From a virus (taxonomy: Duplodnaviria; Caudoviricetes): 32,281 nucleotides of DNA. Made by a program: the position numbers and the translations under genes. The stretch lies in the IMG/VR virus record IMGVR_UViG_3300020472_002098, positions 1 through 32,281 of that record. The stretch is one strand, 5' to 3'. This document shows positions 9,310 to 17,786 of this stretch, in pieces (the first letter of the stretch is position 1; each line of letters starts with the position of its first letter). The notes beneath the pieces were generated by a model. That model was not told where the DNA came from. It worked only from the letters and a program-made list of their open reading frames with translations, and searched no databases.

Positions 9310-9603
9310 ATGAAATTTAAGTTTAACGATATTGCTAATGCAATCAGTATAGTATCAGGAGTATCACTCGCTGGTATTATTGGAGTAGGATCTTATGTTT
9401 ATCTAAACAAAGATGCTATCATAGATGATATCAAAGACGCAGCAATTGAGTCTGTTGTTGGTGGTATGGGTGGCGGTGCTCTTGGTGGAGCTGCTTTACC
9501 TATTGGTACTCCTGATCTTGCACCTCCTGCTGATCAAGCATCTGCACCTGATGTACCTGCTGGTCAAAGTATGGGTCTTCCTGTTCCTAGTTCTGCTTTT
9601 TAA
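9310..9603 (+). CDS. Hypothetical membrane protein with Pro/Gly-rich tail
   Basis: N-terminal hydrophobic helix; preceded by GATAAATA at 9280-9287. Confidence 0.7.
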   Translation: MKFKFNDIANAISIVSGVSLAGIIGVGSYVYLNKDAIIDDIKDAAIESVVGGMGGGALGGAALPIGTPDLAPPADQASAPDVPAGQSMGLPVPSSAF

Positions 9604-9609
9604 TTAACA

Positions 9610-9990
9610 ATGGCAATTTATGATGATGTAAAGATCACTATTAACCTTAATGAGTTGGTAGAGATCAGAGCGAGACTCTTAACTGAGTATGAAAATTATG
9701 CCAATAAAGTGAATAAGGGTGAGTATCTTGATGAAAATGATATTGATAGAATTGCATCCCAATTAAGAGAAACACTTACTTGGGATACACTCTATCAAAT
9801 GGTAGATGAGTCTATTTTAGAATACTTAGATTTAAATGAGACTCATTATGGTGAGAGAACTATTGAATCCATTGATGTAACAATGGAGAAGGAAAAGAAA
9901 GAAAGGGAGAAGGAGTTTAAGAAAAACTTTGATCTTGTTAAATTAGAATCATCTTCTTGGACTATTGAAGTTCCTGTTCGGAAAAAGTAA
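9610..9990 (+). CDS. Hypothetical acidic protein
   Basis: 126-aa ORF in a colinear run. Confidence 0.7.
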   Translation: MAIYDDVKITINLNELVEIRARLLTEYENYANKVNKGEYLDENDIDRIASQLRETLTWDTLYQMVDESILEYLDLNETHYGERTIESIDVTMEKEKKEREKEFKKNFDLVKLESSSWTIEVPVRKK

Positions 9991-10020
9991 GAGACTATAT
10001 AGAATAGTTACTTTACTAGT

Positions 10021-10491
10021 ATGCCTGAAGAAGTAAAAGAAGAGATTTTGGAAGAAGAACCCAAAGAAGAAAAGAAAGGTTTCTTTGGTAAAGCAAAGGC
10101 TGCTATTCTTCCCGATGCCGATGAACAGGCAGCAATCATCTCGACAATGGTCAGAATTACCGTTCTTGCCTGGAGTGGTGGAATATTGACATTAAATTAT
10201 GTTGCCATTCCTGGTGTACCACAGCAGAAAATTGACCCAACTTTCATAGCTTCAGTTTTTACAGGAGTTTTAGCTAGCTTCGGAATTCAGACAGCATCTA
10301 AGAAAGGTGATGGAACAATGAAAATGAATGGTAATGGTAATGGTAATGGTAATGGTGGAGCACCTCCTGCTACTGCAAAAGACATTGAAGCAATCTTAGC
10401 AAAAGCTGGTCCTACTCAAACGATTAGAATTGAGCAAGCACCTCTTAAGATTACTACTGATACTGATAACAAAGAAACATTTAAAATGTAA
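10021..10491 (+). CDS. Hypothetical two-TM membrane protein
   Basis: Hydrophobic segments around WSGGILTLNY and IDPTFIASVFTGVLASFGI. Confidence 0.75.
   Translation: MPEEVKEEILEEEPKEEKKGFFGKAKAAILPDADEQAAIISTMVRITVLAWSGGILTLNYVAIPGVPQQKIDPTFIASVFTGVLASFGIQTASKKGDGTMKMNGNGNGNGNGGAPPATAKDIEAILAKAGPTQTIRIEQAPLKITTDTDNKETFKM
10327..10356 (+). repeat. (AATGGT)x5 in-frame microsatellite encoding an Asn-Gly linker
   Basis: Five perfect hexamers read directly. Confidence 0.9.
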
Positions 10492-10493
10492 TC

Positions 10494-10676
10494 ATGGAAA
10501 CAATTATTAAAGATCTTCCTTTACCTAAAGAGGTACTAGAAGTACAAGAAGCACTACCACTACCAGAACCAGAGTCTGGTGGATTGAGTGGTGGAGAAAT
10601 TGCTATTGTTGCAATTTTAGTTGGTGGTGCTTTAGCACTTCTTGCAAAAGCAAAATGTTGTAAAGGTAAAAAGTAA
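10494..10676 (+). CDS. Small tail-anchored membrane protein
   Basis: One TM helix followed by KAKCCKGKK. Confidence 0.65.
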   Translation: METIIKDLPLPKEVLEVQEALPLPEPESGGLSGGEIAIVAILVGGALALLAKAKCCKGKK

Positions 10677-10723
10677 AGAATGTAAATATAAAGAGGATAT
10701 TAAATAACTAACTAATTAGTAAA

Positions 10724-10927
10724 ATGATAAATCAATATCCCAAACCACGGTGGGATCTTGAGAATGATATCCTCCGATTAGAAGAAATGATTATCCTGTA
10801 CGAACAAGAAATCGAACAACTAAAGATAGAGAAGAAAGAGTTGAAGCAAGAGATTACATTTCTTAGAACTCAACTTGAATATAAATCATTAGGTAATCCT
10901 AATGGAGAACAAAATGTGGAATATTAA
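10724..10927 (+). CDS. Small coiled-coil protein
   Basis: Leu/Ile heptads, Glu/Lys-rich. Confidence 0.65.
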   Translation: MINQYPKPRWDLENDILRLEEMIILYEQEIEQLKIEKKELKQEITFLRTQLEYKSLGNPNGEQNVEY

Positions 10928-11069
10928 TTTAAAAGAAGCCTTTACCAAAGTTAAGGATTGGGACAAGGCGATGGCAAAGAAAATACAAGATAAGTTTAAA
11001 CTAACTGATTATCAGATGTTAGTCCTAGCATTCGGTAAAGGATTTATCATAGGTGCTATACTCTTATGA
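10914..11069 (+). CDS. Small membrane protein (51 aa; absent from the ORF track)
   Basis: MWNINLKEAF...YQMLVLAFGKGFIIGAILL*; GGAG upstream; fills the gap, ATGA overlap with the next gene. Confidence 0.7.
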   Translation: MWNINLKEAFTKVKDWDKAMAKKIQDKFKLTDYQMLVLAFGKGFIIGAILL

Positions 11070-11392
11070 TATTCGCAGTAATATATGTTATAATAAGTAT
11101 TGCTCTGTTGGGTGCAGCATTTACACTAATTTTTAAGAACCTAAGAGATATTGATAAAATTGAAAAAGGAGAGTATAATATTAAAGAGAAGACAACATTT
11201 GTTACTAAAACTGTTCATCCAGAGATGGAAGAAGTAGAAGTTGGTGACGAACTTTTGGTAGTTAGGTTTGATGAACCTGAAAAGGAACAAGATCCAAGGT
11301 TTAAGTTGGATTCACCAGAACTTCATAACCTTGGCGATTCAATGTATAAGTCCTTACAAGAAAGGATTGAAGAATTGGAAGGGGATGAGTGA
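11066..11392 (+). CDS. DUF2973-like membrane protein
   Basis: N-terminal TM, then HPEM...ELLVVRF. Confidence 0.6.
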   Translation: MIFAVIYVIISIALLGAAFTLIFKNLRDIDKIEKGEYNIKEKTTFVTKTVHPEMEEVEVGDELLVVRFDEPEKEQDPRFKLDSPELHNLGDSMYKSLQERIEELEGDE

Positions 11393-11675
11393 CAATCAGT
11401 ATGAGTATCTTAAGCGACAACATTATTTGGCAACACACATGGAACTTACAGAAGAGAACGTAGTAAGAGTTTTAGAAGAACTTGCACCTTATGTTGAGGC
11501 AGATGGAGGGTTTCTTCAGTTTGTAGAGATAGAAGAAGAAACTGGATATGTTAAAGTACGATTAGGTGGTGCGTGTGAGACATGTGCTATGAGTGCTATG
11601 ACATTAAAACAAGGTATAGAAAAGAAGGTAATGAGTGAAATTCCTGATTGTGTAGGAGTTGTTCAAGTTTTATAG
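11385..11675 (+). CDS. nifU: NifU/NfuA-type Fe-S cluster carrier
   Basis: LAPYVEADGG...VKVRLGGACETCAMSAMTLKQGIE (CxxC NifU-C domain); start at 11385 or 11439. Confidence 0.9.
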   Translation: MSDNQYEYLKRQHYLATHMELTEENVVRVLEELAPYVEADGGFLQFVEIEEETGYVKVRLGGACETCAMSAMTLKQGIEKKVMSEIPDCVGVVQVL

Positions 11676-12313
11676 TGACTTTTTTTAATTATGTTAATAC
11701 TAAGGAGAGTCCTTGTGAAGGATTTACTATATCTTTAGTTCCAAAAAGATTTCCTATATTTTCTTATATACCCCCAACTAAAGATGAAATAAATGATATT
11801 TTATTACCTCTTATAGACCAATATAGGAAAGAGAATCCAGAAACAATAACAACTAATGTTGTTGCTAATTGGCGTTCAGGATGGGCTGTGCAGAATGACC
11901 CAAGGTTTTCTTTTTTTGTTGAATGGATTTCTAATCAAATATCTTTTTTGTGTGTTGAATATTTGAGGAGACAATATACGGTACATTGTTCTAACATGTG
12001 GATAATGCAATATGAGAAAAATGATTATGCACAAGCACACGATCATTTTCCTTCTGCATTTTCTTGTGTATATTATGCGGATGTTGAAGAAGGATGTTCT
12101 CCAATTTTATTTGAAGGTAAACATGAAATTCATCCAGAGAGTGGTATGGTTATTATATTTCCTTCAGTATTAATGCATGAAGTCCCACCTACAGAAAAGA
12201 AAAGAACAGTAATATCAATGAATTTTGAGGCAACAGGTAGGACTTGGGATACCTCTCAGGTAAGAAAAATAGAGTATGATCATTCAAAATATGAATCTAT
12301 TATGTTACCCTAA
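11675..12313 (+). CDS. 2OG-Fe(II) oxygenase family protein
   Basis: AHDH..FSCVYY..IIFPSVLMHEV..RTVISMN; GTG at 11675 overlaps the nifU stop. Confidence 0.8.
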   Translation: MTFFNYVNTKESPCEGFTISLVPKRFPIFSYIPPTKDEINDILLPLIDQYRKENPETITTNVVANWRSGWAVQNDPRFSFFVEWISNQISFLCVEYLRRQYTVHCSNMWIMQYEKNDYAQAHDHFPSAFSCVYYADVEEGCSPILFEGKHEIHPESGMVIIFPSVLMHEVPPTEKKRTVISMNFEATGRTWDTSQVRKIEYDHSKYESIMLP

Positions 12314-12362
12314 CAGAGTGTTGGAGTCCACACTGAACTAAGCAAAATTACTCAATCTGTGC

Positions 12363-12370
12363 TATAAATA
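12363..12370 (+). promoter_or_regulatory. T4 late promoter TATAAATA
   Basis: Exact octamer, intergenic, 25 nt before ATG 12396. Confidence 0.75.
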
Positions 12371-12395
12371 TATGCAGTATGGGATTGAAAGAATC

Positions 12396-12626
12396 ATGCC
12401 CCTAACGCAACAAAAGCATTACATTGTCGGTTATCACGACACACAACATCATCATTTTGAAATCTGCGAATACGCTGTAGATTCATATGAAGCAATACAA
12501 CACTCAAAGGAGGATGTTCCCTATCTACAGGAGCATCCTCATTTTATTGACTATTGTACAAAAGAGTTGCCTGAGATTGATAAGATCACTCATCTAATGG
12601 CAGCAGGTATTCCTATGGGTCATTAA
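12396..12626 (+). CDS. Hypothetical His-rich protein
   Basis: MPLTQQKHYIVGYHD..EICEYA; start chosen downstream of the promoter (12372 alternative). Confidence 0.7.
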   Translation: MPLTQQKHYIVGYHDTQHHHFEICEYAVDSYEAIQHSKEDVPYLQEHPHFIDYCTKELPEIDKITHLMAAGIPMGH

Positions 12627-12628
12627 TT

Positions 12629-12727
12629 ATGAATAAGCACGAAATAATGTGGTGGATGAGCCGACTCACCATCATGGGAACCTCTTTAGGATTATCAACA
12701 TGGTTAGCAGCACAGGCATATGTCTGA
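12629..12727 (+). CDS. Small membrane peptide (32 aa; absent from the ORF track)
   Basis: MNKHEIMWWMSRLTIMGTSLGLSTWLAAQAYV*; starts 2 nt after the previous stop. Confidence 0.6.
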   Translation: MNKHEIMWWMSRLTIMGTSLGLSTWLAAQAYV

Positions 12728-12896
12728 AGTTGTCCAGAGTGTAAATATTATGATAGCTTTACTTCTTGTAGGAGTAAGTGTTACAATATACTGGATATTT
12801 AAGTACGATGATTGGAATCCTAACCCCAGTACTCATAACCATGTCTCCGAACCAGATGGTTCAGGACTTAAGGAATTGGGAAGCGGAGCAGAATAG
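12720..12896 (+). CDS. Small single-TM protein (58 aa; absent from the ORF track)
   Basis: MSEVVQSVNIMIALLLVGVSVTIYWIFKYDDW...; overlaps the previous stop. Confidence 0.6.
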   Translation: MSEVVQSVNIMIALLLVGVSVTIYWIFKYDDWNPNPSTHNHVSEPDGSGLKELGSGAE

Positions 12897-12914
12897 AACT
12901 CCAGCAGAGGAATC

Positions 12915-12922
12915 TATAAATA
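12915..12922 (+). promoter_or_regulatory. T4 late promoter TATAAATA
   Basis: Exact octamer 30 nt upstream of the nuclease ATG. Confidence 0.7.
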
Positions 12923-12952
12923 GCTCACTACAAGAATTGGAGTGGGAAGAAG

Positions 12953-13417
12953 ATGGGAGCAATGGTTCCACCGAGTCGGAAGAGTTGTTACAACTTCCGA
13001 GTAACCGAGATAGTGAAAGTATTAGACGGGGATACGATAGATGTTCTGATCGACCTTGGCTTCGATTTATTCAAGAAAGAACGGGTAAGAATTGCGGGTG
13101 TAGACACTCCAGAGAAGAGAACTAGAGATTTAGAGGAAAAGGCACTTGGCATTGACGCAACGAACTGGCTCAAGGATAAACTCGAAAGTACTTTATCTGG
13201 TGATGATGAGCTTTCTATTAGGACTGAGCTCGTTGGTGGGGTCGGTAAGTATGGCCGTCTTCTTGGTTGGTTATATATTGGGGATGCTGAGATCTCCCTT
13301 AATGAACAAATGATTACTGAAGGTTATGCTTGGGAATATGATGGCGGTACTAAACAGAAGGACTTTGAACAACTACGTGAGATACGTAGATCATTTGGAA
13401 CTCTTCTTGAATCTTAG
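12953..13417 (+). CDS. Thermonuclease (SNase-like) family nuclease
   Basis: VLDGDTIDV, RVRIAGVDTPE, KYGRLLG, LNEQMITEGYA. Confidence 0.92.
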   Translation: MGAMVPPSRKSCYNFRVTEIVKVLDGDTIDVLIDLGFDLFKKERVRIAGVDTPEKRTRDLEEKALGIDATNWLKDKLESTLSGDDELSIRTELVGGVGKYGRLLGWLYIGDAEISLNEQMITEGYAWEYDGGTKQKDFEQLREIRRSFGTLLES

Positions 13418-13438
13418 ATAAATTGATTTAATTATATT

Positions 13439-14029
13439 ATGGAAAATTTAAAAATTTATGATAATTTTTTAGAGGATAAAGTATTTGAATTCCTTTATAA
13501 TGATATGATGGGGTTTAAATTTCCTTGGCATATGGGTACTGTTTATACTATAAAGAGGGATATACCTTTATGTGATGATTTGAATAATTTACAATTTTGT
13601 AATTGGATCTATAGAAATAATAGTGAATTTGGAGATGAGTATACGATTATTAAACCAATAATTAATGATCCACGATTAAAAATTACTTCTTTAGTTAGAG
13701 TAAAAGCAAATTGTACTGTTAGAACTGAGGAAGTTATAGAGCATGGGTGGCATCAAGATGGTTATTTTAGTTGTAATGCTGCAATATTTTATGTAAATAG
13801 TAATGATGGTTATACTAAATTTAAAGATGGTACAAAAGTTGAAAGTGTAGCAAATCGTTTAATTACATTTAATACACAAGATATTCATACTGGAACTACT
13901 TGTACTAATGATAGAGTTAGGTGTGTAATTAATTTTAATTATTATTCATCAACAAAAGAAGACTTGGAGAGTCTTGCATTAACAAATACTAATAGTAATA
14001 ACTATGCTAATAAAGTTTATGGGGGGTAA
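13439..14029 (+). CDS. 2OG-Fe(II) oxygenase family protein
   Basis: WHQD, AIFYVNSNDGYT, SVANRLITF, HTGTTCT..RCVINFNY. Confidence 0.8.
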   Translation: MENLKIYDNFLEDKVFEFLYNDMMGFKFPWHMGTVYTIKRDIPLCDDLNNLQFCNWIYRNNSEFGDEYTIIKPIINDPRLKITSLVRVKANCTVRTEEVIEHGWHQDGYFSCNAAIFYVNSNDGYTKFKDGTKVESVANRLITFNTQDIHTGTTCTNDRVRCVINFNYYSSTKEDLESLALTNTNSNNYANKVYGG

Positions 14030-14032
14030 TTA

Positions 14033-14296
14033 ATGGACTTACAAAAAGTAGCATCTACAGGTACAGCAGTAGCAGTTCTTGGTACTGGTGCTTTTGTTGG
14101 TGGTAATCACCAGATTGATAAGATGCAGGGTGGTCCTCAGAAGAGAGAGGATGCTAAGATAGAAGCAATTAGACAAGTGGTGAGAGAAGAAATCTATATA
14201 CAGTTAGTAAATAACTGGCCTAAGAGTTCTGGACCTGTTAAAGGTCTTCAAGTTCCGAAGCAAGATTATAGACAACAAGTTCTACCTCAGAGGTAA
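14033..14296 (+). CDS. Hypothetical protein with N-terminal hydrophobic segment
   Basis: 87 aa; GGGGG upstream. Confidence 0.7.
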   Translation: MDLQKVASTGTAVAVLGTGAFVGGNHQIDKMQGGPQKREDAKIEAIRQVVREEIYIQLVNNWPKSSGPVKGLQVPKQDYRQQVLPQR

Positions 14297-14298
14297 TT

Positions 14299-14589
14299 AT
14301 GATTGATAATACAGAATTGAATGCTTATCATGAAAGGCAATCAAAACAAGAAGCTGATATTGCAACCTTAAGATCTAGGGTTGATAGAATTGATAAAGAT
14401 TTAGATGACTTTAAGAATAAAGATAAGGAAGAACTTAATCAAAGACTTCGTAGTATAGAGAAGCAAGTGTGGGGTGCTGGTGCAGTTATTGCTGTTCTCT
14501 TTGCTGGTGTTGGTATCATTACTCAGATGGAAAGTGATGATGATTGGGATGATGAAGCAAAAATTGAAAACGTAATTTATGAAGCATAA
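14299..14589 (+). CDS. Coiled-coil + C-terminal TM protein (XhlA/holin-like architecture), paralog A
   Basis: RLRSIEKQVWGAGAV + TM; GAGG upstream. Confidence 0.65.
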   Translation: MIDNTELNAYHERQSKQEADIATLRSRVDRIDKDLDDFKNKDKEELNQRLRSIEKQVWGAGAVIAVLFAGVGIITQMESDDDWDDEAKIENVIYEA

Positions 14590-14888
14590 TGAGTGATATA
14601 TCAAATAAAGATTCTGAACAAGATGTAAAGATTGCTGTTCTTGATAGCACTCTTGAGAATGCTACTCGTAGAATGGAATTGATTCATAAAAGAATTGATA
14701 GAACAGAAGAGAGAGTAACAAAATTAAATGAAGATGTAAGAGAAAGAATCCGAGCACTTGAGAAATGGGTCTGGGGTGCTGGTGCTGTGCTTACTGCCTT
14801 TATTGTTATAGGTGGTATTGTTGGTGATTTAGAAATACTTCCAGACGATGAACCTAATATTGTACCAGTATCTAATGTCTCATCCTAA
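14589..14888 (+). CDS. Coiled-coil + C-terminal TM protein, paralog B
   Basis: RIRALEKWVWGAGAV + TM; TAATG coupling. Confidence 0.65.
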   Translation: MSDISNKDSEQDVKIAVLDSTLENATRRMELIHKRIDRTEERVTKLNEDVRERIRALEKWVWGAGAVLTAFIVIGGIVGDLEILPDDEPNIVPVSNVSS

Positions 14889-15150
14889 CGGTTATACTAA
14901 AGAGATGATCAGGGAGATACTTGGTACATCATGTCCAGACTTTGATCCAAACCATGAGACTGGTAATCAGTTAAGAAGAAGAAAAGGTAATGAAATGAGA
15001 GCAGGGTTGAGACCTTATCCTACATATCCTACAAAGAAGGTAGGTCCAAACTTTGATGAGAATGGAAAATATATTTACCCACCAGGTTCTGGATTTAATT
15101 ATATGGAGAGATTAGATCCTAATTCTGAATGGGGTGGTAAGGTATCATAA
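14875..15150 (+). CDS. Hypothetical protein
   Basis: MSHPNGYTKEMI...; ATG 14875 minimises the overlap. Confidence 0.65.
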   Translation: MSHPNGYTKEMIREILGTSCPDFDPNHETGNQLRRRKGNEMRAGLRPYPTYPTKKVGPNFDENGKYIYPPGSGFNYMERLDPNSEWGGKVS

Positions 15151-15695
15151 TGGATTTAAAGACTCTTAAAAAGAAGTGGACTGATATAACTATTACTCTT
15201 GCTTTACCATTGGTTATATGGAATGGTGTTACTGGCATCTATAATAAATGGGAGGAGGTGCAAAATGAAAAAGAAGTACCAAGAATGATTGCTTCTCAAA
15301 GATTTGATGATACAAGTAAATATTGGAGAATTTTTTGCAAGGAGGTAAGAGATTGGCATCGGTCTTATGATTTTGAAAGAGGAGTGCTTAATGGTTGTGA
15401 TCTGGTAGACATACCATTAAATCAAACTTATGAAGATTTCCAAGTTATGCCGTCAGATGCTTCTTTTATTTTTGGTACAGATGATCCAGAAGAGTTAAGA
15501 CGAATTGCTATGGAGGAATATAATATACCTTTTTTGAATGACACCGCAGACGATGTTATAACTCAACGTTCAGCAAAAGAAACATTTGATATTGTAATGG
15601 GACGTATATTTAATCCTATAAAAAATTTTAAAGATGGTATTGGAGATTTAATAAATGAACTTTGGTCTGCATACGTATATGATAAAGTATCATGA
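15150..15695 (+). CDS. Hypothetical protein with N-terminal membrane anchor
   Basis: 181 aa; TAATG and ATGA couplings at both ends. Confidence 0.7.
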   Translation: MDLKTLKKKWTDITITLALPLVIWNGVTGIYNKWEEVQNEKEVPRMIASQRFDDTSKYWRIFCKEVRDWHRSYDFERGVLNGCDLVDIPLNQTYEDFQVMPSDASFIFGTDDPEELRRIAMEEYNIPFLNDTADDVITQRSAKETFDIVMGRIFNPIKNFKDGIGDLINELWSAYVYDKVS

Positions 15696-16633
15696 GTGAT
15701 ATACATAATATTCCTAATATTACTACTAATGGTGGTGGTATACCTTACATTGAAAACGGTGCTTCAATACAAGTAACTGGTGCAGAAGCAATACAAGTAA
15801 ATGGTACAGGAATACAATTTGTAGGAACTATTAGACCAACAAATTCAACTATACAACCTATTGGTGTGAGTGCGATTGCTGATGCTAGAGTGTGGATGAC
15901 AGAACCTCCACAAGCAATCCCTCCAGTTGTTCCTGTTACTGTTCTTGCTGGTACTCCTATAGTTAATATGCCAGGTTGTGTAAAGGTACACAAGGAGAAT
16001 GTAAAGCAGAGATCAAAAAATAAAATGTTGGTCAATGATGACCCTAAAGGTAATACTGTATTATGTGATGCTGGTGCTCCATACTATACACCAGCAGACT
16101 ATGATTATAGAGGACTAAGTTGGCAAACGATATCTACAAACTCAGATGAAGTTCCTGAAGGTGTTGATACAGGAGATCCACCACCTGCACCTGATATAGA
16201 CCCTCCTTCACCACCTGAAACACCAGGTGAAACTGCTGGAAAGGTAGAGTGTCCTCCACCTAATGCAAGAAGAATAGGAGACCTGAATCAGGCAGGTACA
16301 GAAAAAGTTGTTGGATATAAATTAACACCTGACGAAAAAATTTGTGAAACACAATGGGAGGCAATATCCTTTACAGAACAATATCTCCCTAGCGTTCCTG
16401 TTGTATCTACTACTGCTACGATTGCTCTTGTTGCGACTTCATCTGCCCTACTTGCCAAGCCCCTAGCAGACCTTCTTCTGAAGGTTGTGAAACCTGTGAT
16501 AAAGAAGGCCGTAACCAAGGTAAAGAAGATACTGGGGAAATCTGAACCTGTTCTTTCTGTTCGAGAACGGGTTCTTGCTCAACGAGATCGGAATCGGGCG
16601 ATAATGGAACTTCGGAAGTCTCTGAAGAAGTAG
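15692..16633 (+). CDS. Pro-rich, four-Cys protein with C-terminal hydrophobic/basic anchor
   Basis: 313 aa; PPPAPDIDPPSPPETP linker; TATIALVATSSALLA followed by a Lys-rich helix. Confidence 0.75.
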   Translation: MSDIHNIPNITTNGGGIPYIENGASIQVTGAEAIQVNGTGIQFVGTIRPTNSTIQPIGVSAIADARVWMTEPPQAIPPVVPVTVLAGTPIVNMPGCVKVHKENVKQRSKNKMLVNDDPKGNTVLCDAGAPYYTPADYDYRGLSWQTISTNSDEVPEGVDTGDPPPAPDIDPPSPPETPGETAGKVECPPPNARRIGDLNQAGTEKVVGYKLTPDEKICETQWEAISFTEQYLPSVPVVSTTATIALVATSSALLAKPLADLLLKVVKPVIKKAVTKVKKILGKSEPVLSVRERVLAQRDRNRAIMELRKSLKK

Positions 16634-17786
16634 ATTCATTATTAGGAGGAGTCCATTGTGGTTGTGGTATCTGGTGCTCGTGAGGTTCTACCTTGCCACC
16701 AGGTGCAGTTACAACTACATCAGCACATACAGCAAAGTATGGTGACTTAGGATGGAACATTATACCTTGTTTTTTGAGCTCACCACAATTTTTTAATCTT
16801 GCGATCTCAAAGTCTAATCTTTTATTAGCAACTAATTGAGCAGCCATTGCATTTTGATTTTCTGCCGCCTCATGACACTGCCTTTGAAATTTTCTATTTA
16901 ATGGTATTGATAGAGTAGCAGATAGTCCAACATTAAATGATTGGTTTGCCCTCATATCAGTACGTACTGGTTTAAACCATGATGGTGTCATCTCTCCACC
17001 ACTATCAACTACATCAGGAACACCATTAGCACTGTCTATATCTTGAATAATGGAGATGTCTGATCCATCAGGGAACCATCTGACTGTTTCTCCAATAGTA
17101 TTACCATCAGTTCCATCAGAGACATAGGTTCTATCATCATACCAATCTTCCCAAGGGTAGTTCTTGACAGTAACATATGTTGGAACCATCTTACCTGTAG
17201 CATCAGTGGTATTATATTGTGGTTCGTTATAGAAATCTTCCCAAGGATCTTTTCTACTATCAGCAAACTGTACGTATGGTGTAAGGTTAAATGTACTACC
17301 TTGACACTGTACACCACCACCATAAGTATTAGTTATGTAAGGACCTTGAAGGACCTGAATAGCTTGGTTTGTGACACTTCCAGAACTGTTTGCAATTGGA
17401 TTAGCAGTTGCCGATACTCCACCAACACCTTGTGCTAGTGCGACGTTTGGTGTTAAAAGACTACTTATAGTTGCTATTGAGTAAAGGTACTTGTTGTATC
17501 TGTGACGCTTTGTATACTTGTTACTCTTTGAATTATTGTTTGATTTGTCATCCCTGGTCCAGAATATGTCTGGGTAAATTGAAATGCTGCTCCAGGTTCG
17601 TGGATTGTGAAATTGTTTGTTGCTGAGAAGTCTAATGCATCGAATGAAGAAGTTACTGCTGCTGCGGTTGCTCCTGTTTCGTCTGTTCCTACGGTTGGTG
17701 AAACTTGCACTGTTGTTGTGGTCACATTGGGGTTTAGTGCTTCTCCATTGTTGTCTACGCCTACCCCAGTCACTGAGTACTCCCAT
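16416..17786 (-). CDS. Putative exported/outer-membrane protein; true start uncertain (probably near 17477-17520)
   Basis: Protein-like from KRHRYNKYLYSIATISSLLTPNVALA-Q onward; the first ~90 codons look like a shadow of the upstream gene. Confidence 0.65.
   Translation of the reverse strand: MGVLSDWGRRRQQWRSTKPQCDHNNSASFTNRRNRRNRSNRSSSNFFIRCIRLLSNKQFHNPRTWSSISIYPDIFWTRDDKSNNNSKSNKYTKRHRYNKYLYSIATISSLLTPNVALAQGVGGVSATANPIANSSGSVTNQAIQVLQGPYITNTYGGGVQCQGSTFNLTPYVQFADSRKDPWEDFYNEPQYNTTDATGKMVPTYVTVKNYPWEDWYDDRTYVSDGTDGNTIGETVRWFPDGSDISIIQDIDSANGVPDVVDSGGEMTPSWFKPVRTDMRANQSFNVGLSATLSIPLNRKFQRQCHEAAENQNAMAAQLVANKRLDFEIARLKNCGELKKQGIMFHPKSPYFAVCADVVVTAPGGKVEPHEHQIPQPQWTPPNNESTSSETSEVPLSPDSDLVEQEPVLEQKEQVQISPVSSLPWLRPSLSQVSQPSEEGLLGAWQVGQMKSQQEQS

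Noticed and set aside
7905-9607. ORFs 7905-8090, 8622-8807, 8659-8967, 9425-9607
   Set aside because: Nested in the halogenase, GIY-YIG or membrane genes in other frames; no recognisable features
11268-11384. Long N-terminal extension of nifU
   Set aside because: Overlaps the upstream gene; starts at 11385 or 11439 fit better
12314-12340. Hairpin CAGAGTGTTGGAGTCCACACTG
   Set aside because: Bulged stem, 3-nt loop, no U-tract; too weak to call
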